A program made the position numbers and the translations under genes. 64,000 nucleotides of DNA from Patescibacteria group bacterium (GTDB taxonomy: Bacteria > Patescibacteriota > Patescibacteriia > 2-01-FULL-39-33), in assembly GCA_041650895.1 (NCBI GenBank), contig JBAZKF010000001.1:145685-209684 (forward strand), given 5' to 3'. Positions 47,611 to 57,873 of the stretch are shown in pieces (position 1 is the first letter of the stretch; each line of letters begins with the position of its first letter). Below the pieces are notes generated by a model. The model was not told the DNA's origin, made no database searches, and was given only the letters and a program-made list of their open reading frames with translations.

Positions 47611-49050
47611 TTATTGCTGCTTTTTACCGCTAAGGATCCACTCGCACAGTGCTAGAAATCCTAAAAAATAAATTTTAACGTGTTTCGGGCTTCTTAGACG
47701 TTTCACATAATTAAGGATAATCCGCGGACGAAAATAAAATTTACGGAAAAACAAGCGATTAGAAGCTATAAGTTCCTCCCGCGTCAAGCCGAACGGCACG
47801 AAAACCGGCTCCCATTCGTTCATTTTTTTCCAATCCTTATCAAAAGTCCCATACTGGGAATAATTGCCGCTGATTTCCGAACCGGGCAATGGCGTCATTA
47901 GAGTGCAATGGAATTCGTCAATTTTAAGTGACAGCGCAAAATCGATCGTTTCTTTGATCGTCTCGCGGGTTTCCCCGGGATGGCCCATGATAAAAAACGC
48001 GCCCACATCAATTCCTGCCCCCTTAGTCCAGTTGATAGCGCTTCTAATCTGCTCCTTAGTGGTGTTTTTCTTAATTAATTTTAAAATGTTTTCATTGCCT
48101 GATTCCACGCCATACCAAACCTGCCAACAGCCCGCCTCCTTCATTACTTTAAACATTTCCGGCTCAACCATATCAACGCGGGCTAAGGCTGTCCAGACCA
48201 AATCCAATTTTTTTTCTTTCAGCAGTTCGCAAAATTTGTAAAGACGCGGCTTAAAAACCGTAAAATTATCATCGCGAAACTGAATCTCCCTGATGCCGTA
48301 TTTATAATAAAGCAACAAGACCAGCTCCATCATATATTCCGCAGAATGAGCCGACAGGACGTTGCCATAAACGCTTCTAGTGCAGAATGTGCACTGACCA
48401 GGACAACCTCTTGAAGTAACTAAAGTTGAAGCGGGAAATTTTTTAACCGTATGAACCGGCGGAGAATATTTGACTAAATCGGGCAATAAATCAAAAGCCG
48501 GTTGAGGTAAGGCGTCAAGATCAATAATTCTGGCACGCGGCGCTGTAATAATAAATTCATCCGACACATCAGATTTAAAAATCAATCCATTAACCTGTCT
48601 TAACTGATCCTTGCTCAAGCCGTTTTGAGATAATATCGATAATAACTCAACCAAGGTCCTCTCACCCTCGCCGATAATCCCCAAATCGAATTTGGGATAA
48701 AGCTTCAGGGTTTCTTCCGGCGCCGTGCTCAAATGATGGCCGCCGATCAAAGTGATTATGCCAGGTTTGATCTTTTTAATTTCCCGAGCAACCGCCGCCG
48801 CGTTATCAATAGAGATAGTAACTGCCGTAAAACCAACAATGGCGGGATCGGCTGCCAAGACTCGTTCTGTAGTTGCAACGGTGCCCAAATCCATAATTTC
48901 CGCATCAATAATACTAACCTCATGACCCGCCGCCCTGACGGCAGCCGCCAAATATACCAGTCCCAAAGGAATAGACTCTCCCCCGCTTTTGCTTTTTATC
49001 CCATATCTTTCTTCTAAAGTTAATGGGGGTTGGACTAAAATTATTCTCAT
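47611..49050 (-). CDS. cobalamin-binding radical SAM enzyme, paralog 7
   Basis: MRIILVQPP..., DALPQPAFDLLP, TSRGCPGQCTFCTRSV. Confidence 0.9.
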   Translation of the reverse strand: MRIILVQPPLTLEERYGIKSKSGGESIPLGLVYLAAAVRAAGHEVSIIDAEIMDLGTVATTERVLAADPAIVGFTAVTISIDNAAAVAREIKKIKPGIITLIGGHHLSTAPEETLKLYPKFDLGIIGEGERTLVELLSILSQNGLSKDQLRQVNGLIFKSDVSDEFIITAPRARIIDLDALPQPAFDLLPDLVKYSPPVHTVKKFPASTLVTSRGCPGQCTFCTRSVYGNVLSAHSAEYMMELVLLLYYKYGIREIQFRDDNFTVFKPRLYKFCELLKEKKLDLVWTALARVDMVEPEMFKVMKEAGCWQVWYGVESGNENILKLIKKNTTKEQIRSAINWTKGAGIDVGAFFIMGHPGETRETIKETIDFALSLKIDEFHCTLMTPLPGSEISGNYSQYGTFDKDWKKMNEWEPVFVPFGLTREELIASNRLFFRKFYFRPRIILNYVKRLRSPKHVKIYFLGFLALCEWILSGKKQQ

Positions 49051-49068
49051 AATAGAAAATACTAAAAA

Positions 49069-49764
49069 TTAAAAACGATATTTAATCAGGGTCCAAATAG
49101 CAATTAAACCGTCGCGAAGTTTTATCTTTTTACCTTCTTCTTGCGAGCGGGGAATATAGGAAATCGGCACTTCATGAATCTTAACGCCCTGCCGAGAAAT
49201 CTTGGCTGTTATTTCCGGACAGAATTCAAAACCCTTGGCTTCAATATTTATCTTATCCAAAACTTGTTTGCTGACCATTTTATAGCAAGTCGCCTCATCT
49301 GTTATGGCAGTGCCGTAAAGAAAATTAGTCAACCAAGTCAGATAGACTCCACCCAAATAATAAAACCAGCCGGCCTTAGGACTTTTCTTTCTGGTCAATC
49401 CTAAACGCCTAGAACCATAAACCGCTTGAGCGCCGCATTCTTCTGCTTCATTTATCAATCTTTTCAGATCATTGGGATTATATTCTAAATCAGCATCCTG
49501 AACGACAGCATAATCGCCGGTTGACACTTTGTAACCGGCAGCTACGGCCGCGCCCTTGCCTTGATTTTCAGGCAGATGGATAATGATATATTTATCCTGA
49601 TAGCGATCAAGCACTTCTCGGGAATTATCGGTGGAACCGTCATTGACTATAATAATTTCTTTGTTAACGCCTAAATCAGCTTCCGACAATTTTTGTAAAA
49701 TAGCCCCGATGGTTTTTGCTTCGTTGTAGGCCGGAATAACAATGGAAAGTTTATTGATTTTCAT
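49069..49764 (-). CDS. glycosyltransferase family 2, soluble DPM1-like (paralog of 57163..57858)
   Basis: LSIVIPAYNEAKTI ... IIVNDGSTDNS ... QDADLEYNP. Confidence 0.85.
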   Translation of the reverse strand: MKINKLSIVIPAYNEAKTIGAILQKLSEADLGVNKEIIIVNDGSTDNSREVLDRYQDKYIIIHLPENQGKGAAVAAGYKVSTGDYAVVQDADLEYNPNDLKRLINEAEECGAQAVYGSRRLGLTRKKSPKAGWFYYLGGVYLTWLTNFLYGTAITDEATCYKMVSKQVLDKINIEAKGFEFCPEITAKISRQGVKIHEVPISYIPRSQEEGKKIKLRDGLIAIWTLIKYRF

Positions 49765-49768
49765 AATA

Positions 49769-50425
49769 TTATTTCTTTTTGCAAACTAAATAATAACCGC
49801 TAGTTAAAATGCCATTTTCCGGCCGGGAATGCCTGATATCGCCGAACTCACTCTTTATCGGCGAAGGCAGCCAAACCAATAATTTAACTAATAAAAATAA
49901 CGGGATTTTCATTAAGCGACCGCCGAATAAATTGGCTTGAAAACCTATTCTTTGTAATAAAGCGGCCAAAGTATCCTTAGTTGACAACTCATTGCGCAAT
50001 TCGATTATTTCCCAGCCGTCACTAAATAAAAACCTTAGGCCATACTTGGTAAAACGATAGTAATCATTGGGAATATCATGAAGAGGAAAAATAAACCTGG
50101 TAGTCAAAAGCAACACTCCGCCTGATTTCAGGACTCTTTTCATCTCGGCGACGGCTAAGTGAGGCGAATGCAAATGCTCCAGCAATTCAGTACATAAAAT
50201 CAGATCGAATTTATCATCGGTAAAAGGCAACTGATGAGCGTCGCCCACCACATCAACATTAATCCCCGGCCGATGGTCAAAACCGATGCGGTTGGGAAAT
50301 AAACTTTTGTAAGAACCGTCACCACAACCCAAATCAAGCACCAATTTTTCCGTTGACTGGTACTGGGCGATGAAAGCATCGATTTTTTTTCTGGTTATTT
50401 TGGCAGTTAGAAATTCTTTAATCAT
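49769..50425 (-). CDS. class I SAM-dependent methyltransferase
   Basis: VLDLGCGDGSY and LILCTELLEHL. Confidence 0.8.
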   Translation of the reverse strand: MIKEFLTAKITRKKIDAFIAQYQSTEKLVLDLGCGDGSYKSLFPNRIGFDHRPGINVDVVGDAHQLPFTDDKFDLILCTELLEHLHSPHLAVAEMKRVLKSGGVLLLTTRFIFPLHDIPNDYYRFTKYGLRFLFSDGWEIIELRNELSTKDTLAALLQRIGFQANLFGGRLMKIPLFLLVKLLVWLPSPIKSEFGDIRHSRPENGILTSGYYLVCKKK

Positions 50426-50434
50426 TTTTGCCGT

Positions 50435-51553
50435 TTATGAATTAATGAAAGAGACGATTTTTTCAGCGCGCTTCTTCCAAGTATATTTTTCCGCATCGCT
50501 CCGGGCGCAACGAGAGATATTCTCGGCTAATTGCCGTTGCGTCAAAGCCCGGTTAATGCCCGCCGCTAAAAGATCAGAATTATCCGGCTCAACTAAAATA
50601 GCATTATTATCATTTAAAATTTCCCTCAAAGAAGGCAAATTAGAAGCGACTATAGGTACGCCACTGGCTAAATATTCAAAAAGTTTAAGCGGTGAAGTAT
50701 AAAATTGCGATATTTTTTCCTGCCCGGAATTAGGCAAAACCAAAACATCAGCGGCCTTCAGATAGAACGGGATTTGCTTATGCGGCTGATGGCCGAGAAT
50801 TAAGACATTAGCGCTATTGACATTTTTTTTCTTAAAAGCTTCAACATCTTCCTTAGTACCGCCGATAAAAACAACCAGGGATTCATTAGACAGATACCGG
50901 GCGGCTTCAGCCAAAACCTGCGCTCCTTTCCAACCATAAAGATGGCCGGTGTAAACAATCAATTTTTTATCCAACGGCAAATTAATTTTTTTCCTGGACT
51001 CCGTGGCGGTAATATTCAGATCAAACTCAGCCAAATCAACGCCATCGGGAGCAATTAATATTTTATCAGCAGCGATTCCGTTGCTGGCCAGAGCGGATTT
51101 AATAAAATCAGTCAGAACAACAATCCGTTGAAAACACCGCCAAAAAAGACGATGATACGATTTGATTGTTGCAGGCAAGGAGTGAAGTTCCAAAAAAGAC
51201 GATTTAAAAAATAAGCCGAACTGTTCTTCGCGTGTATATATAATATCATACTCCCTGAAAGACACGTAGATTCTGCTGGCTAACAAAAAAGTTGCAGTCG
51301 CCAGCCAAAAAGCCAGATTACCAATTGTTTTATCCAAAAAAATCAAATCTAAACAGGGTAATTCGGTAATCTTAAAATTAGCCGGTAAACCGTAATAGTT
51401 GAAGGGATCGGCTTTAAGATTATTAGAACGCCGCGGTACCACCAATTCAACTTGATGACCCAAAACAGAGAAAGTCTCGCACATTTTCATGATTTGCCAG
51501 CCATGAGCCTTCTCGGTCGGTATTCTGATGTTTGCCAAATAAATTATTTTCAT
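50435..51553 (-). CDS. glycosyltransferase family 4
   Basis: Start at MKIIYLANI directly after the upstream stop. C-terminal FEYLASGVPIVASN. Confidence 0.8.
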   Translation of the reverse strand: MKIIYLANIRIPTEKAHGWQIMKMCETFSVLGHQVELVVPRRSNNLKADPFNYYGLPANFKITELPCLDLIFLDKTIGNLAFWLATATFLLASRIYVSFREYDIIYTREEQFGLFFKSSFLELHSLPATIKSYHRLFWRCFQRIVVLTDFIKSALASNGIAADKILIAPDGVDLAEFDLNITATESRKKINLPLDKKLIVYTGHLYGWKGAQVLAEAARYLSNESLVVFIGGTKEDVEAFKKKNVNSANVLILGHQPHKQIPFYLKAADVLVLPNSGQEKISQFYTSPLKLFEYLASGVPIVASNLPSLREILNDNNAILVEPDNSDLLAAGINRALTQRQLAENISRCARSDAEKYTWKKRAEKIVSFINS

Positions 51554-53709
51554 TTTTTTGTTTTTACTAAATAACACATTTGATGGCCGAACATATTAGG
51601 CCAAATATCTTTAAGACGAAAACCATTAGACGATTTAAATCTAACAACATCTAGACCCAAATCATTCAGCCAAATCAAAAAATCCTTATGGCTCCAAAAC
51701 CGCAGGTGTTCTGACGGATGTGTCATCCATTGGGTAAAAAATCTTCCTCCAAACATTAAGCCGAAACGATAACGGTAAAAAGCGGAATTAGGAACTGAAA
51801 TTGCCAAATAGTCGGCATTATCTTTTATTTTAGAGATTAAATCCTCGGGATATTTGATGTGTTCCAAAACCTCTGAAATCACAATGTAATCATATCGGTC
51901 GTCCAAATTAAAATCAGCGCTCTCGATATCGGCTTTTACTCCGTCAATGCCGGCTTGCTTTAAGTTATTGATTACTAATCCGGAAATATCCAAACCACTG
52001 ACCCGGCAACCCTTCTTTTCTTTTAATTCATAAGGCAGACGCGAACTGCCACAGCCAAGATCCAGAATTTTAGCTCCGGGCTTAATCCAATCCATAAAAA
52101 TCACTTCCCTTTCCATTAATTTGCTACGCATCTTGAAGCCGCGCTCTGACCAATACTGATCATAATCAAGTTGTTTGGTGATATTTTTGAAATCAGGGCG
52201 ACGCGTACCCTCAAAGAAGAACGATTTCGAGACGCGAGCTATGATTTTGTCAAAATAATACTTAAGCGCGCGCTTGACTTTGAATAATATAAAATCTAAA
52301 CGCTCTTTTTTGTTACCCAACTTAAGCCAGATTTTTGCCAGCTTCAAAAAGTGGGTTAAGCCTCTCTTTTTTACGCCCTCAAATATCTCCTGACGCCAAC
52401 TCTCAAATAATTTTCCCAACTCCTGGGAATCACTGACGCCAGAACGATTGAATTTGTCCTGGCTTTGGAAAAAAGAGAAATTACAATAATCGGAGGTATT
52501 GATACGACCCTTAAAAAAATCATTAAAAAGCTTCGTCCCTGGCAGGGCGGTAAAGATACTGAAAGAATAATGATCAGCTTTGATTTTCTTGGCGAATTCA
52601 AAGGTTTGCCGCATTTCTTCTTTAGTTTCGCCGGGCAGGCCGATCATAAAGCCGGCTTCGCGACGGATGCCGTGTTTCCGGCAAAGTTCCAGGGCTTTTT
52701 CCACATCGGATAATTTTATCCTTTTATTAATGATTTCATCTAAAACGCGCTGATTACCCGATTCAACGCCAAAATCAAGCTGTAAACAGCCACTTTCGGC
52801 CATTAACTTGATGATTTCTTCATTAACCAAATCCACTCGCGATTGAGCCCCCCAATACAGACCGGCTTCCTTCATAATCTGGCAAACCTTCCTAACATGA
52901 TCGTAATTAGCCGTTAAGGTATCATCAGCAAACCAAATTCCTTCAACGCCATATTTATCCCTTAAAAGATAGATTTCTTTTTTGATGTTTTCCAAACTGC
53001 GATAACGCACCTGACGCCCAAAAACCTGATTGCAGGCGCAAAAAGTGCAGCTGTAGGGACAGCCCCGGGAAGCCATAACCATCACCGCTTTCATAGGGAT
53101 GCCTCGGATAATATCGTCCCAGATCTTAGTATAGTAGGTCATATTCACCTTATCATAAGCCGGCAAGCTTAAATCAGTCAGATCCATATACTCCCGCCGT
53201 TCATTGATGACAACTTCATTATTCTGATCCGGCCAGGCGATGCCCTTCACCTTCCTTAGATCGGGCGACTCCTGCTGTAATTCCTTAATTAATTCAAAAG
53301 TAGTTTGTTCGCCTTCGCCGATAATGGCGGCATCAAAGCCGGAATTAACTACGCCAATCGGATCGGCTGTAGCTTGAGGCCCGCCGATAATCGAAAAAAC
53401 TTTGAGTTCTTTTTTAATCCTCTGATTCATTTCCACAGCTTCGGCAATTTCCATGGTCGTGGCAGTAAAACCGATTACTTGCGGCTTAAACTCTAAAACA
53501 GCCTTAATGATCTCCTCCTTGGCTCTTTCACGATTATCGTATTGATAGCCTCTGTCCGCGAATATTTTCCCGTCGATAATCAAATTATCAAAACCATGAT
53601 CCCGCAAATATCCGGAAATATACATCAAACCCAAAGAATAACGATGCTCCTTGAGCCGTTTAGGGGGAAGAATAAAAATCAAATCTTTATCTTGGCTAAT
53701 TTTTATCAT
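51550..53709 (-). CDS. fusion: cobalamin-binding radical SAM (paralog 8) plus C-terminal class I SAM-dependent methyltransferase domain
   Basis: TDLSLPAYD and ASRGCPYSCTFCACNQ in the N-terminal 470 aa. The C-terminal 200 aa carry ILDLGCGSSRLPY ... YDYIVISEVLEHI (MT motifs I and II). Confidence 0.85.
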   Translation of the reverse strand: MIKISQDKDLIFILPPKRLKEHRYSLGLMYISGYLRDHGFDNLIIDGKIFADRGYQYDNRERAKEEIIKAVLEFKPQVIGFTATTMEIAEAVEMNQRIKKELKVFSIIGGPQATADPIGVVNSGFDAAIIGEGEQTTFELIKELQQESPDLRKVKGIAWPDQNNEVVINERREYMDLTDLSLPAYDKVNMTYYTKIWDDIIRGIPMKAVMVMASRGCPYSCTFCACNQVFGRQVRYRSLENIKKEIYLLRDKYGVEGIWFADDTLTANYDHVRKVCQIMKEAGLYWGAQSRVDLVNEEIIKLMAESGCLQLDFGVESGNQRVLDEIINKRIKLSDVEKALELCRKHGIRREAGFMIGLPGETKEEMRQTFEFAKKIKADHYSFSIFTALPGTKLFNDFFKGRINTSDYCNFSFFQSQDKFNRSGVSDSQELGKLFESWRQEIFEGVKKRGLTHFLKLAKIWLKLGNKKERLDFILFKVKRALKYYFDKIIARVSKSFFFEGTRRPDFKNITKQLDYDQYWSERGFKMRSKLMEREVIFMDWIKPGAKILDLGCGSSRLPYELKEKKGCRVSGLDISGLVINNLKQAGIDGVKADIESADFNLDDRYDYIVISEVLEHIKYPEDLISKIKDNADYLAISVPNSAFYRYRFGLMFGGRFFTQWMTHPSEHLRFWSHKDFLIWLNDLGLDVVRFKSSNGFRLKDIWPNMFGHQMCYLVKTKK

Positions 53710-54775
53710 ATTTGTTTTTGGGGCCTAATAACTCTTCAATAAGACCGCCATCTAACAATTGTTTGACTAAAATTTCCGGCCGGCATAATCGGCAATAAAT
53801 CTCATAACCATTATCGGCGATTTTTTCATAATTTATTCTACCCTCTTTCAGCGCTAAGATTTTAGACGCCAAATCCTGGGCATCGGCCAAACGGCAAAAA
53901 ACCGCATCTTGGCCGTCCGTAAGCAATTCCCTGATAGCCGAAGAATCACCGGTCAAAACCGGCCGCTTGGCCGCTAAGCCCTCATAAACCTTATTAGGGA
54001 TAACTCTTTTAGCTTTATCAGTATGGCCGAATATACCTAGGCAAACATCAGCCTCCGCCAAATAGCCCCTTAAATTATCAATGGACACGGGCTCTATAAA
54101 ATTAACATTACTGACTTTAAGCCGGCTCGCCAAGTCAATTATTTCCCGGTAAGTCTGACCGTGGCCGATAATATTAAATTTGATATTTTCCCCCTCTAGA
54201 ATTTTCGTCGCTTCAATAATATACTCTATGCCCTGTAAAGGAATAAAACTGCCATGAAAATGAACCAAAAAATAATCTTTTTTCTTAGGAGTAATAGGAA
54301 AAATAACCTTATCATCACAACCGACTAAAACCCGATAAAACTTTTTTCTCTCCAACTTTAATTCTTTTACAAAATAGTCAATCTGGGCATTGGTATCCAA
54401 TAAAATTTTATCCGCCAAACGGCAGGATAACCAATCCAATAACCAGTAATACCTTCCTTTAAGGCTTTGCGCTTTAACGATTTTCCTATCTTCAACCATG
54501 GAATCAAAAAAAGAGTAAAAAGCGTCAAAAACAATCGGTTTAACGGTTAAAAGCCTGGCCAAAATCATGGCCTGAAACCCCGGAAAACCAACGATCATAA
54601 TATCATATTTCTTACGGATTGACCAGTGTTTTTTAATTAAATCCCAATACTTCAACGGCCCTTTGACGCTTGTTCGGCATTCAATCACATCAACGCCGTT
54701 TAACTTAAAACCGCCAAGCAAAATCCTATTGCGGCTATAATCAGGATCATAAATTCCGAAATAACAAATAATCAT
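53696..54775 (-). CDS. GT-B fold glycosyltransferase (GT4-like)
   Basis: C-terminal half NFIEPVS ... VIPNKVYEGLAAKRPVL with GT-B nucleotide-sugar-binding character. The N-terminus is divergent. Confidence 0.6.
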   Translation of the reverse strand: MIICYFGIYDPDYSRNRILLGGFKLNGVDVIECRTSVKGPLKYWDLIKKHWSIRKKYDIMIVGFPGFQAMILARLLTVKPIVFDAFYSFFDSMVEDRKIVKAQSLKGRYYWLLDWLSCRLADKILLDTNAQIDYFVKELKLERKKFYRVLVGCDDKVIFPITPKKKDYFLVHFHGSFIPLQGIEYIIEATKILEGENIKFNIIGHGQTYREIIDLASRLKVSNVNFIEPVSIDNLRGYLAEADVCLGIFGHTDKAKRVIPNKVYEGLAAKRPVLTGDSSAIRELLTDGQDAVFCRLADAQDLASKILALKEGRINYEKIADNGYEIYCRLCRPEILVKQLLDGGLIEELLGPKNKYDKN

Positions 54776-54779
54776 AATA

Positions 54780-55514
54780 TTATAGTTTGCCGAATTTAAT
54801 CATGGCTCTGAATTGAACCGGGCTGACGGCAGAATCGACGGCATTGCGTTTGAGCAACCATCGGTCGCTCTTAGGTCTGACAACGCCCTTAGCCACAGTC
54901 AAAGCCGCCTTAAAGCCGCTAGCTTTCAGTAACCCAATGATTTGCTGGTTATAGCGACCATAGGGATAGGCAAAATAAGACACCGGTTTGCAATATTCCC
55001 GTTCAATGAAGGCTTTGGACTCGATAATTTCCTGCCTAGCCTCAGTCAAACTGATTTTAGTCAGCTTGGCATGGCTGACGGTGTGGGGTTCAAAATCAAT
55101 CAAACCGGAAGCGGCCATCTCCGAAACCTGATCCTTGTCCAACAATGGCAGATCAATAGACGGCAAACCGGTCGCTAAAAAAATCGTAGCGGGAAAATTA
55201 TATTTTTTCAATAAAGGAAAAGCTATGGAATAATTGTCTGTATAACCGTCATCAAAAGTAATGGCGACTGTCCGAGGTGGAATTTTACCTGCCGTAAGAT
55301 AGTCCAATAATGCAGACAAAGAAACAATATTATATCGCTGTTGTTTCAGATAAGCCAACTGAGCTGAAAAATCCTGGGACTCAACGGTGAAAAATCTGCC
55401 ATTATCGCCTACGGAATGATACATCAAAATAACTGCGCGATTAGGCAGGGCGGGGAGAAAGGCCAGTAAGCTAGATAAAATATTTTTTAAAAAAAACTTA
55501 ATTCTCTTCGCCAT
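54780..55514 (-). CDS. polysaccharide deacetylase (CE4, NodB-homology)
   Basis: VILMYHSVGD ... AITFDDGYTDNY ... EPHTVSHAKL give the conserved Asp-Asp and His motifs. Confidence 0.8.
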   Translation of the reverse strand: MAKRIKFFLKNILSSLLAFLPALPNRAVILMYHSVGDNGRFFTVESQDFSAQLAYLKQQRYNIVSLSALLDYLTAGKIPPRTVAITFDDGYTDNYSIAFPLLKKYNFPATIFLATGLPSIDLPLLDKDQVSEMAASGLIDFEPHTVSHAKLTKISLTEARQEIIESKAFIEREYCKPVSYFAYPYGRYNQQIIGLLKASGFKAALTVAKGVVRPKSDRWLLKRNAVDSAVSPVQFRAMIKFGKL

Positions 55515-56589
55515 AGGCTTTTTTGATATTAACGACTAAATTTTTAATACTATAAGAAGCTACGACAATGCGACGCAACTCAACAGCCATAACCTGCTTC
55601 TCGGATGAATCCAATTCAGACAATTTCTTTATTTTGACCGCCAATTCCCGACTGTCAGCTTTTTCCAATAATAACAAATCTTGGTAGTCGCCCAGGATCA
55701 CGGAAAAAGTTTGATTATAAACTACGGCCGGCACGCCACAGGCCAACGATTCCAAAACCACTTTGTCCAATCCCCCGGTGGGGCACAAGTTAATGCTTAA
55801 ATCGGCTTGCTGATAATAATAAGGCAGGTCCTTATTGGGGATATTGCCTATCCAATCAATATAATCTTCCAGTCGGCGTTTTTTTATTTCCTCTTTCAAT
55901 AAGGCAGCGTATCTCAAACCATCAAGATTCGGCGGTGAGCCGATAAAAGACAAGGTGATATTTTTTATTCCTAATTCATGCACCAAAATATCAACAGCTT
56001 TAATCAATAATAATTGATTTTTTATTTCGCTGATCCGGCCGACGCTGACGATTTGTAATTTATCCTGTCGAGCCGTCGCCCAATCTTTAAGACAGAATTT
56101 ATCAATATCAATGCCATGGCCGACGATTTTCACTTTGGCACTAGCAAGCCGGAAACTTTCGGGCGAGGCGGTAAAAATAATATCAGCCAACAATTCAGCT
56201 AATCTTAATTTAAAATTAACCGCTTTATGCGCATACCAGAGGCCGATAATTTTGCCCTGCAAACGCCAGATCAAACCAGCCAGAATGACATAAACAACAT
56301 TCATGTGAACAAAAACAGCATCATAATCATGGCGAACCAACCATAAATATTTATAAAAACGCCACAAGTAACGCCAACGCGACGGCCTGTCTTCCTTGCC
56401 CAAAGATAAAACCCTGACATTGGCAGGCAAATCATACTTACCTTTATATAGGCAGATAACAGTCACTTGAGAAAAATTATTGGCAAACTCTTTAAGCCAA
56501 TCATGAAAAAATCCCAACAGACCGTCGGCGTCATCCACTTTCTGAGTCAAGATTAATAATTTCAATTTTTTATTTTTTGGCAATGGCAT
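55498..56589 (-). CDS. glycosyltransferase family 4
   Basis: KVVLESLACGVPAVVYN near the C-terminus; about 363 aa. Confidence 0.75.
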   Translation of the reverse strand: MPLPKNKKLKLLILTQKVDDADGLLGFFHDWLKEFANNFSQVTVICLYKGKYDLPANVRVLSLGKEDRPSRWRYLWRFYKYLWLVRHDYDAVFVHMNVVYVILAGLIWRLQGKIIGLWYAHKAVNFKLRLAELLADIIFTASPESFRLASAKVKIVGHGIDIDKFCLKDWATARQDKLQIVSVGRISEIKNQLLLIKAVDILVHELGIKNITLSFIGSPPNLDGLRYAALLKEEIKKRRLEDYIDWIGNIPNKDLPYYYQQADLSINLCPTGGLDKVVLESLACGVPAVVYNQTFSVILGDYQDLLLLEKADSRELAVKIKKLSELDSSEKQVMAVELRRIVVASYSIKNLVVNIKKAYGEEN

Positions 56590-57172
56590 ATAAATTCAAA
56601 CCTAATTCGAAGCTGCCGCCGGTGATTTTATCGGCCGCAAAGCCGGTGGCGGAAAACTGTTTAAATAATTCCTGTCGACTATAGAACTGCTGATGCTCAC
56701 CGATCTCATCCGGTGAAACTATTTTAAACGCGGCCAATAACGACAGCAGACCCTTAGTTTTTCCCCAGGGAGTCGTCACTATAAGCAACCCGCCGGGAAC
56801 AAGCGCTCGATAAGATTGAGCCAGAATATTTAAAGCCGCGGTTTCATCCAAATGTTCCAAAACTGCCAGCATGGTTACAACATTAAAACAACTGGGACTG
56901 ACCGGCAAATTATCGCCGGTTTTGAATTCGTATTTTTTTAAGCTAACTCCGTCGATCATTCCTTCGCTGACCGATTTATCCAATCCGACTTTGGCCGAAA
57001 ACTTAACCTGCGCCAAAAAATAAGGATAAGAACCGCAGCCGATATCAAGAATAGCTCCCGACCTTAAATCAGCAGGAATCAACCTGTCAACTTTATTAGC
57101 CCGACGCCGGGCCAAGTATTTCTCTAAGACGCCATACCCCCTGGTAGGAGCGGCGGAACCGGTTATTTCCAT
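56570..57172 (-). CDS. class I SAM-dependent methyltransferase
   Basis: ILDIGCGSYPY and VVTMLAVLEHL. Confidence 0.8.
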   Translation of the reverse strand: MEITGSAAPTRGYGVLEKYLARRRANKVDRLIPADLRSGAILDIGCGSYPYFLAQVKFSAKVGLDKSVSEGMIDGVSLKKYEFKTGDNLPVSPSCFNVVTMLAVLEHLDETAALNILAQSYRALVPGGLLIVTTPWGKTKGLLSLLAAFKIVSPDEIGEHQQFYSRQELFKQFSATGFAADKITGGSFELGLNLYAIAKK

Positions 57173-57858
57173 AAGTTAAACTTAATAATATACCAAATCG
57201 CCGCCAAACCATCTTTCCAGCTTATTTTCTTGCCCTCTTCATAAGTGCGGCCGGCATAAGAAATACCGACTTCATAAATCCGGAATTTACCCCTGGCTAT
57301 CAGGGCGGTAATCTCCGGTTCAACGCCGAATCGATTGGCAGTCAGGCGAGTTTTCAGATAATCAATAACCGGACGATTGAACGCCTTATAGCAAGTCTCC
57401 ATATCTGTTAAGGTCAAATTACTCATAATATTGGAAAAAATAGTCAAAAAAGTATTACCCAGATAATGCCAAAAAAAGAAAACACGGTGAGGTTTGCTGG
57501 TAATGAAACGAGAACCATAAACAACATCAGCCTTGCCGTCAATTATCGGCCCCAATATTTCCTGGTACTCTTGCGGATTGTATTCTAAGTCAGCGTCTTG
57601 AATAATCAATAGATCGCCGGTTGCCACATTAAGGCCACGTTTGATGGCCGAGCCTTTGCCCTCGTTCTTATCCTTTAGAATTACGACGCATTTATCCCGC
57701 GGGCTTGAAATAATATCTCTAGTGCCGTCGGTGGAACCATCATCAATAATAATAATTTCCTTCTCTACGCCGGCAAGCGGCGCTGCCTCCACCTGGCGCA
57801 GTAGTTCCAAGATAGTTTTATGTTCATTATAGACTGGTATGATAACTGACAATTTCAT
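57163..57858 (-). CDS. glycosyltransferase family 2, soluble DPM1-like (paralog of 49069..49764)
   Basis: LSVIIPVYNEHKTI ... IIIDDGSTDGT ... QDADLEYNP. Roughly 45% identical by eye to 49069..49764. Confidence 0.85.
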   Translation of the reverse strand: MKLSVIIPVYNEHKTILELLRQVEAAPLAGVEKEIIIIDDGSTDGTRDIISSPRDKCVVILKDKNEGKGSAIKRGLNVATGDLLIIQDADLEYNPQEYQEILGPIIDGKADVVYGSRFITSKPHRVFFFWHYLGNTFLTIFSNIMSNLTLTDMETCYKAFNRPVIDYLKTRLTANRFGVEPEITALIARGKFRIYEVGISYAGRTYEEGKKISWKDGLAAIWYIIKFNLWK

Positions 57859-57873
57859 AAAAATAATTAATAT

